64,000 nt of DNA from Promethearchaeota archaeon. GTDB lineage: Archaea; Asgardarchaeota; Heimdallarchaeia; Hodarchaeales; Hodarchaeaceae. Shown here piece by piece: positions 19,945 through 29,687 of this stretch. The notes below the pieces were generated by a model. That model was not told the origin of the DNA, did no database searches, and saw only the letters and a list, made by a program, of their open reading frames with translations. The translations under genes were made by a program, and so were the position numbers. The DNA is taken from NCBI GenBank assembly GCA_048938105.1, contig JBHLMN010000017.1, forward strand, positions 1 to 64,000. Direction: 5' to 3'. Position 1 is the first letter of the stretch; every line of letters begins with the position of its first letter.

Positions 19945-20787
19945 CTAGGTAAATAACCAAAGTGTTAGAACCATGACTATCATTCCAGCAATAATCCCCA
20001 AGGAGATGAAATGAGACTCGTCAGCGTTTTTAGCAGCTGGTAATAACTCATCAAATGAAATAAATACCATGATTCCCGCAACAAATGCTAGAGATGCCCC
20101 AATAATTGCTGGGGATAGGAATGGAAAAAGTATGATGGCTGCAATAAAAGCACCTACAGGTTCAGCAAGACCAGAGATTGTACCCAGCTTAAACGCCTGC
20201 CATTTATCACCAGTTGCAGTAACTATGGGGATACTAATTGAAAGCCCTTCTGGTATGTTATGTAATCCTACAGCGATTGCTAAAACGATTCCTAACTCAA
20301 CAGATTGTAAAGTACTAGTGAATGTGACCAATCCTTCGGGGAAGTTATGTACTGCTATACCTAATGCTGTTAATAATCCTATTTTTCGTATATCATTCTT
20401 TGAGATTTTAGACTCGCTGTTTTTGAAAGATAATTCATGAGAATGGCTGTCCTCCTCTTCCTTATAGAAGTGGGGGATGAAAATATCAATCAAAAAGATA
20501 GTAAAAATACCGATGAAAAACCAGATATTTCCCCAAAGAAAAGCATCGCTTTCAACAAGTCCTTCATTAGAAAAAGCTTCAATTGCGTTTGGTAGAAGTT
20601 CAACAAAAGATACAGCTAACATCACACCTCCAGAAAAACCCAACCCCATCGCGAGAATACGAATAGATGGTTTCTCAGTTAGAAACGCAAATGCTGCACC
20701 AATACTAGTTGCCAAACCTGCAAAACTGGTTAAAATGAGAGCCTGTATTATAACATCAAAACTAATCACTGTTTCTTGAAAGATCAT
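19945..20787 (-). CDS. zupT: ZIP family zinc transporter ZupT
   Basis: FAGLATSIG, GFSGGVMLAVSFVELLP, HNFPEG, HNIPEG, SGLAEPVGA, SFDELLP. Confidence 0.92.
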   Translation of the reverse strand: MIFQETVISFDVIIQALILTSFAGLATSIGAAFAFLTEKPSIRILAMGLGFSGGVMLAVSFVELLPNAIEAFSNEGLVESDAFLWGNIWFFIGIFTIFLIDIFIPHFYKEEEDSHSHELSFKNSESKISKNDIRKIGLLTALGIAVHNFPEGLVTFTSTLQSVELGIVLAIAVGLHNIPEGLSISIPIVTATGDKWQAFKLGTISGLAEPVGAFIAAIILFPFLSPAIIGASLAFVAGIMVFISFDELLPAAKNADESHFISLGIIAGMIVMVLTLWLFT

Positions 20788-20863
20788 TATTCGCAGCCAC
20801 CTATTATGTTAATCAAATGTTAATCAGACTATCAATTATTAACAATTCTGCTACGTTTTACGA

Positions 20864-22150
20864 TCAAAATTCTTCGGTCAAATTTATGCCCTTTGTTTCC
20901 TTGAGAATGAAATATATCCCTGGAATACATATCAGTAAGACGAGAGAAAGTAATAAGAACACATTACCTAGACCAATGTGGGAAATCAACAAAGAACTGA
21001 TGAAACTACCAGAAGTTACTCCAATTGCATAGAACAAGCTACGCCAACCATTTCCAGTACCTCTTATTGAGGTGGGAAAGTGCTCCAAGCAGATGAGTCG
21101 ACTTGTTACATTTAACGACCAAAAACTACATGATACTACCATAGCGCCAATAATGACCAAGAACTTAGATCCTATTAATACTAATATTATCCCCAAAGGC
21201 ATCACAGAAATGAATAAAATGGCTGTAGGTTTTCGACCCAGATAATCAGCTAGAAAAGCTGTTATAGAATACCCTATAATTGCAGCTATACCCATCATAA
21301 GAATTATTAATGATACTAAATCGATGTCAAATGACCGATCAATTGTTAGGTAAGCTTCTCCCAGACTTAGGAAAGTATAATTAACTCCTGTTAAAAAACT
21401 CAACAGTATAATTACTAAGAAGTATTTTTGATATTTTGCCTGGGATGGTTTGAATATTTCGGACACCCATTGTTTTTTTTCGGAAATTCCTGATGATAAT
21501 GGTTCTTCCAAGGCTTGGTAAGCTCTTGTTTCTTTCATTGGTAAGGCTAGCAATGCGACAGGAATTGCTAGGAAGGCAAACCAGGTCATTGACCGCCAAC
21601 CAAAATTTGGAACTAGTAATGATCGTAATACAGGTATAAATAAAGTAGGTGCTGCACCAGCAATTAAAATTAGATTTACTATTTTTCCTCGATGTTTTTC
21701 TGGGCATTCTTCAGAAATTGTGATAATCCAGATGTCTGAACTAAACCAAATAAACAATAAGAATAAGAAAAGGGTAAAATCATAAATTGTTTGAGCTAAA
21801 CTTAAGAGTAAAGAAGTGACTCCCATCCCTAGAAGAACTATAAATAACATTGGTTTCCGACCAATTCTGTCTGAGATTGCTTGGTTAATGAAAACAAAAT
21901 ACATCCCTACAGAAGCTATAGTAATACAAAGCGCATACAAAGATTCAGTGATTTGAAAATCAGTGATGACGAAAGAGTCAATCACGGGCCAGAATAGAGT
22001 TGTATAGGTATCAAAAATCTCATTTAACATTAGAAATATAATTAAAAAAATAAGGTATTTATAGGAATATTCATGGAGGTTTGTTTCTTTTTGATCAGTC
22101 ATTTTTTTACCATACACCTTAAAACTAGTAAATTTATTGAATATAGCCAC
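20864..22150 (-). CDS. MFS transporter (start probably ATG near 22102)
   Basis: SDRIGRK, ADYLGRK, EHFPTSIRG. Confidence 0.9.
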   Translation of the reverse strand: MAIFNKFTSFKVYGKKMTDQKETNLHEYSYKYLIFLIIFLMLNEIFDTYTTLFWPVIDSFVITDFQITESLYALCITIASVGMYFVFINQAISDRIGRKPMLFIVLLGMGVTSLLLSLAQTIYDFTLFLFLLFIWFSSDIWIITISEECPEKHRGKIVNLILIAGAAPTLFIPVLRSLLVPNFGWRSMTWFAFLAIPVALLALPMKETRAYQALEEPLSSGISEKKQWVSEIFKPSQAKYQKYFLVIILLSFLTGVNYTFLSLGEAYLTIDRSFDIDLVSLIILMMGIAAIIGYSITAFLADYLGRKPTAILFISVMPLGIILVLIGSKFLVIIGAMVVSCSFWSLNVTSRLICLEHFPTSIRGTGNGWRSLFYAIGVTSGSFISSLLISHIGLGNVFLLLSLVLLICIPGIYFILKETKGINLTEEF

Positions 22151-23378
22151 CTGAAGTCTGACAGATGACTTTCTTCAACCCAGATTCTTCTAAAGTGTTT
22201 TTTACCTGCAACATATCCTTATAAGAAGGACGGTCAATTGTATGAGCCCGAAATTCTGGGCGATAATCTAATACTGTAACTTGTGTACTAGGATCCCAAG
22301 ATGCAAGTTTAGATCCTATCTCAAAAACCTCTTCTAGACTCATGAAGGTTCTATTAAATGGAATACCAACCCCCATGAAAACCATGCCACAATATTTATC
22401 TATTATATATTTCACAGCATTCCAGCTAGTTTCCAAGTACTTTTTAGCAAGGCCTTTAAATTTCTGGTTAGTAATTTTCATAAAAGTATCTAATTGAATC
22501 CCCTTTAAGTCTGGTCCAATATCTGTCATACCTGCTTCGATTAATTCGTCAATATAATCAGGGGTGAGAATTGCTGCGTTTGTATCAATATGAATTCTAG
22601 CACTTTTGTCAGAATTGAGCTTTTTTAACTGCTGTACAAACTGAATGAGCCATTTCCGATTCAAAGTTGACTCTCCTCCACTTATAGCCAACCTATCAAC
22701 TTGATATTGCTTTCTTTTAGCTGTGAGCTCACAAGCAGCCTCTTTAGGTGATAAAGGATGTAAGTTTGATAAGTAAGTAATTTGCCAATTTTGGCATGTT
22801 GGACATCGGTAAAGGCATCCAGACGCAAAACAGGCAACTTCCAGATAATCTAGTGGGCTTCGCGGTATAAGATCTTTGGGAGTTCCCACTCCACCAACAT
22901 GATGTCCCTGAAATCCAGAAACAATGCGTTTAGGAGTTCGATCTTCTACTTGAGTATTTATGACCATATTCTCGTTGACTGGTGTAATACAAGAGGGTTT
23001 TAGCTCCCCATTAACGAGAACTGAACAAGAATAACAGCCTCCAGTTCGGCAAGGTGCAAAAATTGCATCTTTGGTTGGATAAGAGGCAATTTGAAACCCT
23101 AATGACTCTAATACTTGAAGAACTGTTTGATGATTTGGAACTTGCATCTGTTGATCATTAATAGTACAACTCACAAAGGATTCTTCTTTTTTATCTTCCA
23201 CAAGCTTCCTAGCAGAGTATGGACATGCATCAACACAAGAACCACATGCTGTACATTCATCCTGACCTGGACATGCAATACCTACCTCACAAAACTTACA
23301 GTTCTTACAGAGATTCTTGTCAATAACTACTTTCAAATTACTAATCCTCAGTAAAGGTAGTTTAAAAGCCTCAGGCAT
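22134..23378 (-). CDS. Radical SAM protein (PFL-activase-like) with N-terminal 4Fe-4S and 2Fe-2S-like domains
   Basis: CKNCKFC, CTACGSCVDACP, CRTGGCYSC, CLYRCPTC (CxxxCxxC), SGGES, DTN, DLK; start placed at ATG 23378 overlapping the GNAT stop. Confidence 0.88.
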   Translation of the reverse strand: MPEAFKLPLLRISNLKVVIDKNLCKNCKFCEVGIACPGQDECTACGSCVDACPYSARKLVEDKKEESFVSCTINDQQMQVPNHQTVLQVLESLGFQIASYPTKDAIFAPCRTGGCYSCSVLVNGELKPSCITPVNENMVINTQVEDRTPKRIVSGFQGHHVGGVGTPKDLIPRSPLDYLEVACFASGCLYRCPTCQNWQITYLSNLHPLSPKEAACELTAKRKQYQVDRLAISGGESTLNRKWLIQFVQQLKKLNSDKSARIHIDTNAAILTPDYIDELIEAGMTDIGPDLKGIQLDTFMKITNQKFKGLAKKYLETSWNAVKYIIDKYCGMVFMGVGIPFNRTFMSLEEVFEIGSKLASWDPSTQVTVLDYRPEFRAHTIDRPSYKDMLQVKNTLEESGLKKVICQTSGGYIQ

Positions 23379-23802
23379 CTGGTCTCTTTCTTTTTGAATA
23401 ATATCTGATATTTGACCAAACCTCGTAACCTGTTCTTTCAAAAAGTGATAAGCTAGGTATATTATCTTCAAAGATTAGTGCAGAGATTACTTCAATACCC
23501 TCAGTTTGAAATAACCGATTTTCTGCCTCTTCAAGTAATTTTTGCGCAATCCCTCTATGTCGATGTTTAGGGTGGACAGCTAAACGATTAATCCATCCCT
23601 TTCGTCCATCGTGGGTAACCATAACAACTCCTAGTAGATCATCATTTTTCATTTCTCCTAAGAAAAAAACATTCTTTTTCTCCAATTGCTTCTTTATTTG
23701 ATCAGGGTGGTCTCGTCCTACTGATCTCCAGGATAGTCCGGCTTCTTCCCATAAGGCCTGAATCTTTGTGTAATGTTCGAATCCTAGTTCTTTAATCACC
23801 AT
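23371..23802 (-). CDS. GNAT acetyltransferase
   Basis: DGRKGWINRLAVHPKHRHRGIA, N..SLSLFERTGY. Confidence 0.92.
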   Translation of the reverse strand: MVIKELGFEHYTKIQALWEEAGLSWRSVGRDHPDQIKKQLEKKNVFFLGEMKNDDLLGVVMVTHDGRKGWINRLAVHPKHRHRGIAQKLLEEAENRLFQTEGIEVISALIFEDNIPSLSLFERTGYEVWSNIRYYSKRKRPDA

Positions 23803-24620
23803 CTATTCCCTTTCTCTGACTCTTTCTCTGCTTGCCATTTTTTTACTAACGTTTCAGCCTTGTTAATATCTATTGGAGAACTAAGATCAGTCACCTTGAT
23901 TGAGGAACCAACAATTGCTCCCGAAATATAAGGAAAAACCTCTGGTAGGTTATCAATAGTTAACCCGCTCCCCAAAATCGGTTTAATCTTCGTAGATTCC
24001 ACAAAGTTCTTTAATCTAGAGATTTCTATAAGTTCTCCAGTTACTCTCCCAGATACAATGATTGCATCTGCACCCTCTCGATTTAAAGCATTAGCTGCAG
24101 CTTCTTCTAATGAAAAATCACCCAAGGGTGTGGCATGTTTTACATGGACATCAGCCAAAATTTTCACTTTAGACCTAATTTCTCTTAATTTTAGCTGAAC
24201 ATCATCTGCAACGGACTCAATTATACCTTGGTCGGTCACATAAGCTCCCTCATAGATATTACAGCGAATGAAACTTCCTTGGTTAATTGTGGCCATTATA
24301 AGAGCTTGAACACACGCATTTCTAAGAATATTAATCCCATAAGGGATATTTACTTTAGAAACAATCTTATTTACAATATTGTTCATAAGTAGAAATTTTG
24401 CATCATCAAGACTATATTTGGGATATGGTGTATCATGATAGTTTTCAATTAACATTGCATCGAATCCTACCTTTTCTAATGTGATTGCATCTTGAATACT
24501 GATTTCAAGGATATTTTCTAAAGAATGTGACGTTTCTAAGAGTTGGGTAAAAGGGGGAAGATGAATCATACCAATCAAGGGTTTTACATCTAAATCAAGG
24601 GGATTTTGAGGTGAGAACAA
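23796..24620 (-). CDS. btpA: BtpA/SgcQ family TIM-barrel protein
   Basis: IGMIHLPP, IENYHDTPY, GINILRN, ADVHVKHA, ADAIIVSG..TG. Confidence 0.9.
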   Translation of the reverse strand: MFSPQNPLDLDVKPLIGMIHLPPFTQLLETSHSLENILEISIQDAITLEKVGFDAMLIENYHDTPYPKYSLDDAKFLLMNNIVNKIVSKVNIPYGINILRNACVQALIMATINQGSFIRCNIYEGAYVTDQGIIESVADDVQLKLREIRSKVKILADVHVKHATPLGDFSLEEAAANALNREGADAIIVSGRVTGELIEISRLKNFVESTKIKPILGSGLTIDNLPEVFPYISGAIVGSSIKVTDLSSPIDINKAETLVKKWQAEKESEKGNRW

Positions 24621-24780
24621 GACGAAAAACCTCCAAGGACGTCAATTTTTAATTGAACTCTGCGATATTTTAAAGATGTTAGTGATTTATTGCGAATTTC
24701 ATGGAGTGACCCATAAAAGAACAATCTCAAATACTGTAGTCGGAAAAATAAATCAACAGTCTCTTGAGTAGGGTTTAAAT

Positions 24781-25089
24781 TTGTTAGAGATTTATGTCTA
24801 TGGCATTTTTAAGAAAAAATTTAAGCCAGATGCTTCATTAGCAGAAGATACGGTTATCACTCTTCCTAACAAGAAAAATGAATGTTTTCAGGATTTTCTA
24901 ATTAGATTAGGTTTAACTCTTAACGAATGTGGCGATTGTTTTATAAACGGGAAATTAGCTTTTAGAGATACTGTAATTCCGAAAAATGCCCGTATTGGAC
25001 TCTTCCCCGTAGGAATGCACCTGATTGATGGTGGACAATATATTAAAGGGCATGGCTTTGTAACAACAAATCCATTCGATAATTCTTAA
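24781..25089 (+). CDS. MoaD/ThiS/SAMP-like beta-grasp protein with internal GG and C-terminal extension
   Basis: IYVYGIFKK, DFLIRLGL, FINGK, ARIGLFP resemble the MoaD pattern; DGG followed by 17 aa. Confidence 0.65.
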   Translation: MLEIYVYGIFKKKFKPDASLAEDTVITLPNKKNECFQDFLIRLGLTLNECGDCFINGKLAFRDTVIPKNARIGLFPVGMHLIDGGQYIKGHGFVTTNPFDNS

Positions 25090-25114
25090 ATAATTGAATG
25101 TTCTACTTCATTCT

Positions 25115-25186
25115 TGGAATGACGAAGGTTTTACCGTCCGATTCTAACTACTGTTGGAAAATGATGAGAACTGGCAACTGACCTTC
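25115..25186 (+). ncRNA. Candidate box C/D sRNA
   Basis: C ATGACGA 25119-25125, 12-nt guide, D' CCGA 25138-25141, hairpin TTCTAAC/GTTGGAA, C' ATGATGA 25161-25167, 10-nt guide, D CTGA 25178-25181, then a T-run. Confidence 0.6.
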
Positions 25187-25204
25187 TTTTTTAGATGAGA
25201 CTGA

Positions 25205-26122
25205 ATGAGTTATCAGTGTATCTGTGGTTTACCTAGCGAATTTAAATTTCCTTTATCCTCCCAACACTTCTGTCCTAGATGTTTTTCTTTGAAGTTTGAG
25301 AAAAAGGTATTAAATCGAATTCCGAAACATATTCGAGGACATTCTATTGCTGTAGCGTTATCTGGGGGTAAAGATAGCACTACATTACTTCATATCTTTC
25401 ATAAATACCGTCATAAGCTCAGAATTGGCATGTTATTTGCTATTATCCTTGAAGAAGAGATCCCAGAAATACAATCGTCACGAAAAAAGATTATTAACCT
25501 GCTTAAAGATGATTATCCTAATATCGGATTTATCCAAAAATCATACAGCCAATTATTTGGATTTTCTTTACCCTATTTAGTTCAACAATCAGATAAACAA
25601 GGATTAAGATTTACACCATGCTCTATTTGTGGTGTATTACGTCGTCATGGTATTTTAAGGATGAGTTTAGACATTGGGGTTGATATTATTGTAATGGGAA
25701 ATAGTCTAGAAGACGAAGCTGAAACAGTATTTATCAACTTGATGCGAGGGAATCCTTTGAGAAATTTTCGTGACCAGATCGAATACTCCCCAGCTGATAG
25801 AAAATCGCTTCCTTTTAGAATTAAACCGCTAGCGAAAGTTACTGAAAAGAGTATCCTTAACTATTCCAACATTAATCGCTTACCATTTTTAAGTACTCAA
25901 TGTGCTTTCGCTGCAAGATCTTTGCGATCTGTAATCACCCCCTTTCTATCTGCAATGCAAAAAAAAGATCCAAATATCCTTTATAATATTGTTTCGTCCA
26001 TAAAGAAAGTAACAACAATAAATACACAGTATAAAATAGTGTCTAAATGCAATAACTGCGCTTCATATTCCCCTACACCTGTTTGTTCAGCCTGTCGTAT
26101 TGTTCATCAAATAATAAATTAG
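25205..26122 (+). CDS. TtuA/Ncs6 (TtcA superfamily) tRNA 2-thiolation-like PP-loop protein
   Basis: N-terminal Zn finger, SGGKDS, PCSICGVLRR, RIKPL, CAFA, C-terminal CxxC..CxxC. Confidence 0.85.
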   Translation: MSYQCICGLPSEFKFPLSSQHFCPRCFSLKFEKKVLNRIPKHIRGHSIAVALSGGKDSTTLLHIFHKYRHKLRIGMLFAIILEEEIPEIQSSRKKIINLLKDDYPNIGFIQKSYSQLFGFSLPYLVQQSDKQGLRFTPCSICGVLRRHGILRMSLDIGVDIIVMGNSLEDEAETVFINLMRGNPLRNFRDQIEYSPADRKSLPFRIKPLAKVTEKSILNYSNINRLPFLSTQCAFAARSLRSVITPFLSAMQKKDPNILYNIVSSIKKVTTINTQYKIVSKCNNCASYSPTPVCSACRIVHQIIN

Positions 26123-26398
26123 CTGGTATTGAATAAAGATATTTACTGCTAGTTTTAACAACAAAATGAAAAATTCTCAATTAAAATGTGGAATACCAAA
26201 ATAAATAACTAAAAGAGTATGTCTCCCATATTATTTGCTAAATACTTGACTAAATTAGTACCTAAAATAGAATGTCATTTGAAAGAAGAAAAAATTTCTT
26301 TGAACTCCTAGAATAGACTATTTAAGTCGAAACATCACTGATAAAATGTACATAAATTGTTAAACTCTTTTCCATTTTCTTATGGAGTGCCGAGATAA

Positions 26399-28258
26399 GT
26401 GACTGAGAATCACTATAATGAAGTCCGAATGCTTCTCAGAAAAAATCAGATCGAGGAAGCTGAAAATATTAATACAGAACTTGCACGTTCAGTAGAAAGT
26501 TTCTCTAATGAAGATAAATACTGGTTTGCATTATTATCAAGTGAAATAAATCGATACAAAAGTAATAATCAAGCAGCAAAAAAAGATATTGAAGAAGCAT
26601 TCCATTTATCAAAAGAGATTGAATTAACCAATGCCCAGATGAGTAGTCTTCATGGGAGAATGGCTACAATTCAATACAGATTGAGAAATTATTCACTAGC
26701 AATTCAATCATATCAGAAAGCGTTGTTATTTCTTTCAAATGATTTAGGAAGACAGAATTATTATCGCAAAATGTTACTTATTTGTTACATCAAAACAAAA
26801 GATGAAGAAAATTTCTCAATTACGTTGAAGGAAGGATTGAATAAGATCCTGCAAGGTCAGCTCCAAGAGTATTGGAATTCTAACCTGGATTTCGTGTGGG
26901 ATATTAGTTGGCATGCTAGACAAGATCCATGGTTAGCACTAGTGTACAATGTTCTAGATTCAATAGTTCAACCATCGGATAAAATAGCTCGAGGTTTCTT
27001 AGCATATCTTCATGCAAGATTAGCTAGAAATCAATTGAACCAAAAAGAATTTCTAAGCTATTTTCATAAAAGTATGAAGCATTGTGTAACAGCTAGTCCA
27101 AAGATCCTTATACCTCTAAGTTTAAATTTTGTTGGGATGCTTCAACTGTTTGGAGAGTACCAACGAGCAAAAAATATTTTAGAAAAATGCTTACAACAAC
27201 TTCCAGAACCATCAAATCAGCGAATTCTTATCTTAAATTCACTAGGTTCAAATTTACGCTTTTCAGGGGAATATAATCTTGCTATTCAGTATTTGAATGA
27301 ATCTTTGAAAATAAATCGTAAATATGTCTTTGATTTATGGCAAGAAGCATATACACACAATACCTTAGGGATGATTTATACACTCATTGGTAATAAGGAG
27401 AAAGCAACTGAGCATTATAAGTCAAGCATGACACTGAGTAAAGAAAATAATGATTATTATGGATTAGGTTACACTTATGGGGCTCTTGGTTGGCTTGAAG
27501 CAAATCAAGGGAATTTAGAACAAGCAGAGAAGTGGTATAAATCTAGCGTAACAATATTTGAAGAAAAAGCTCGTATAGTCCCTTCAATTATCATGTTAGC
27601 ATATGCAGAACTACTGTCACGACGAGAAAGTAGCAATGAAAAAAAGATACAAGAACTTATTACAAGAGCCAGAAACCAAATCTGGAAACAAGGTAAACGC
27701 CTCGACATGGGAAGGTACTATAATACGCTAGGAAACATCGCTCTTAACCAAAAACAATTAGAAAAGGCTCAAAAAGAGTTTTCTTTAGCTCTAGAATACG
27801 GAGAGTCGTTTGAAGTTGAAGCACAAACCCTTTTAGGTATAACTAAAACAAATTTAGAATTTTTCTTGGTTTCAACAGAGGAAACATATTTAGAAAAAGC
27901 TAGACTATTCCTAACTGATCTTAAAATGGCTGCTGAGTCATCGGCCCTTATTCAGGGTGAAGTCGAATTAATATTAGCGATTATCGAAATGCATTCACAA
28001 CGATATGGTAATGCAGAACAGAAGTTCATCCTTGTCCAAAAGCATGCACATGCCCACGATTATGCTTTACTTGAAGAGAAAGTCCAGAAGCAGAAAGAAA
28101 CTCTTCAAATATTGAAAACACACGATCAATTACAGAGAGTCACCCTTAAGATGAACAATCATGAACTAAAAAGAAGCTCTATCCGAGAAGCTATTGTATA
28201 TCTTACTGAACTCACGAAACTGTTGGGTACACAGGCTAAAAAAGAAAATGAACCTTAA
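26399..28258 (+). CDS. TPR-repeat protein
   Basis: LNSLG..YNLAIQYLNESL, HNTLGMIY..A.EHY, YNTLGNIA. Confidence 0.85.
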   Translation: MTENHYNEVRMLLRKNQIEEAENINTELARSVESFSNEDKYWFALLSSEINRYKSNNQAAKKDIEEAFHLSKEIELTNAQMSSLHGRMATIQYRLRNYSLAIQSYQKALLFLSNDLGRQNYYRKMLLICYIKTKDEENFSITLKEGLNKILQGQLQEYWNSNLDFVWDISWHARQDPWLALVYNVLDSIVQPSDKIARGFLAYLHARLARNQLNQKEFLSYFHKSMKHCVTASPKILIPLSLNFVGMLQLFGEYQRAKNILEKCLQQLPEPSNQRILILNSLGSNLRFSGEYNLAIQYLNESLKINRKYVFDLWQEAYTHNTLGMIYTLIGNKEKATEHYKSSMTLSKENNDYYGLGYTYGALGWLEANQGNLEQAEKWYKSSVTIFEEKARIVPSIIMLAYAELLSRRESSNEKKIQELITRARNQIWKQGKRLDMGRYYNTLGNIALNQKQLEKAQKEFSLALEYGESFEVEAQTLLGITKTNLEFFLVSTEETYLEKARLFLTDLKMAAESSALIQGEVELILAIIEMHSQRYGNAEQKFILVQKHAHAHDYALLEEKVQKQKETLQILKTHDQLQRVTLKMNNHELKRSSIREAIVYLTELTKLLGTQAKKENEP

Positions 28259-28422
28259 TCTTATAATTTTTTGTTATCTATAAAGTTCTACTTGTTTTTT
28301 GATTAACATCCTAAGCTGAATCAACAGTTAAACATAAATTCCTATAAGCCCACCTTATAAAAAGAAACTCTCTCTTTTGAAACTAAGTGAGAATATAACT
28401 GCAATTAAGGATTTGAATTCCA

Positions 28423-29580
28423 ATGGATCTTGAAAATCTTCGTAAAGCTTTTCCTATCACTCAAAAGGCCATTTTTCTCAACCATGCTGCTATCTCACCT
28501 AGTCCAACTCCAGTTATTGAAGAATGCCAGAAATGGTTAATTCATAATAAGATACATGGTGATTTATATTTACCTAATCTCACTGAATGGCTCGAGCTTC
28601 TAAATGAGCATCGTCGAACAATTGGTAACTTCATTAAAGCCAAATTCCCTGAAGATGAGATTGCGTTCACCTATAATACTAGTTATGGACTTGCAGCCAT
28701 CGCGGAAGGCATTAAATGGGAGAAGGGAGACAAAATTGTCTTAAATGATTTGGAATATACATCTAATTCTTATACCTATCAAGTCCTCGCACAAAAATTT
28801 GACTTAGAGCTAGTACTTATTCGAAATACTAATGGAAAACTCCCATTAGAAAAATATAGCCAGGAAATTGACAATTCAACTCGATTACTAGCCATTTCTC
28901 ATGTTCAATTCAGCAATGGATTTCGGATTGATCTGAAGGAACTTGGAAAAATATGTCATGAGGTCGACTGTCAGATTATTGTGGATGCTATACAGTCTCT
29001 TGGAGCGATACCCGTTGATGTACAACAACAGAACATAGATTTTATGGCAACAGGGGGATATAAATGGTTACTAGGACCACTTGGAACTGGCTTTCTATAT
29101 ATTAAAAGGGAATTATCTGAATCCCTTAATCCTTGTTTTATTGGTTCAATGTCAGATACTAATCCAATGGAATTATCTCACCACACTTACTCCCCTGGTT
29201 ATGGAGCTCAAAGATTTCAAGCTTCATTAGGACTACATGGGCTTTTGATAGCTAAAGCAGTACAGTTCTTAGAGCAACTCAGTATTGATAAAATATTTTC
29301 TCAGATCATGAAATTAACGGATCTTATAATAGAATTTGTACAAGATAACCGTCATTTCCAACTACAAACACCGATTGAGGACCCCAAACAACGGAGTGGG
29401 ATTGTTAATTTTGCTGTTCCTGGGGGAGATAAAATAGTTACGCAACTACGGAAACTTCCAACCCCTATTGCTATTTCATATCGTGAAGGAGGATTACGAC
29501 TCTCACCACATTGTTATAATACAGAAGAAGAAATTCAAACATGTTTAGAGGCAATAAAATCATTATCTTTAAGACAATGA
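28423..29580 (+). CDS. Class V PLP aminotransferase (cysteine desulfurase/lyase-like, no catalytic Cys loop seen)
   Basis: FLNHAAISP, VDAIQSLG, GGYKWLLGP.GTG, RLSPHCYN. Confidence 0.9.
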   Translation: MDLENLRKAFPITQKAIFLNHAAISPSPTPVIEECQKWLIHNKIHGDLYLPNLTEWLELLNEHRRTIGNFIKAKFPEDEIAFTYNTSYGLAAIAEGIKWEKGDKIVLNDLEYTSNSYTYQVLAQKFDLELVLIRNTNGKLPLEKYSQEIDNSTRLLAISHVQFSNGFRIDLKELGKICHEVDCQIIVDAIQSLGAIPVDVQQQNIDFMATGGYKWLLGPLGTGFLYIKRELSESLNPCFIGSMSDTNPMELSHHTYSPGYGAQRFQASLGLHGLLIAKAVQFLEQLSIDKIFSQIMKLTDLIIEFVQDNRHFQLQTPIEDPKQRSGIVNFAVPGGDKIVTQLRKLPTPIAISYREGGLRLSPHCYNTEEEIQTCLEAIKSLSLRQ

Positions 29581-29687
29581 TAACTTACTAAAAAAGGCAT
29601 TTTTCGCTCCTCAATATCCTGGTGAATCAATATTTTCTATTTAAATCCGTAAATCCTTGGTCTTAACAAACTTATTCGTGGATTTCT

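Noticed and set aside
23379-23471. N-terminal extension of the radical SAM ORF
   Set aside because: Overlaps the GNAT gene by about 100 nt; ATG 23378 gives a normal short overlap
28423-29580. Calling this IscS/SufS
   Set aside because: The catalytic Cys loop (SGSAC or RxGHHC) is absent
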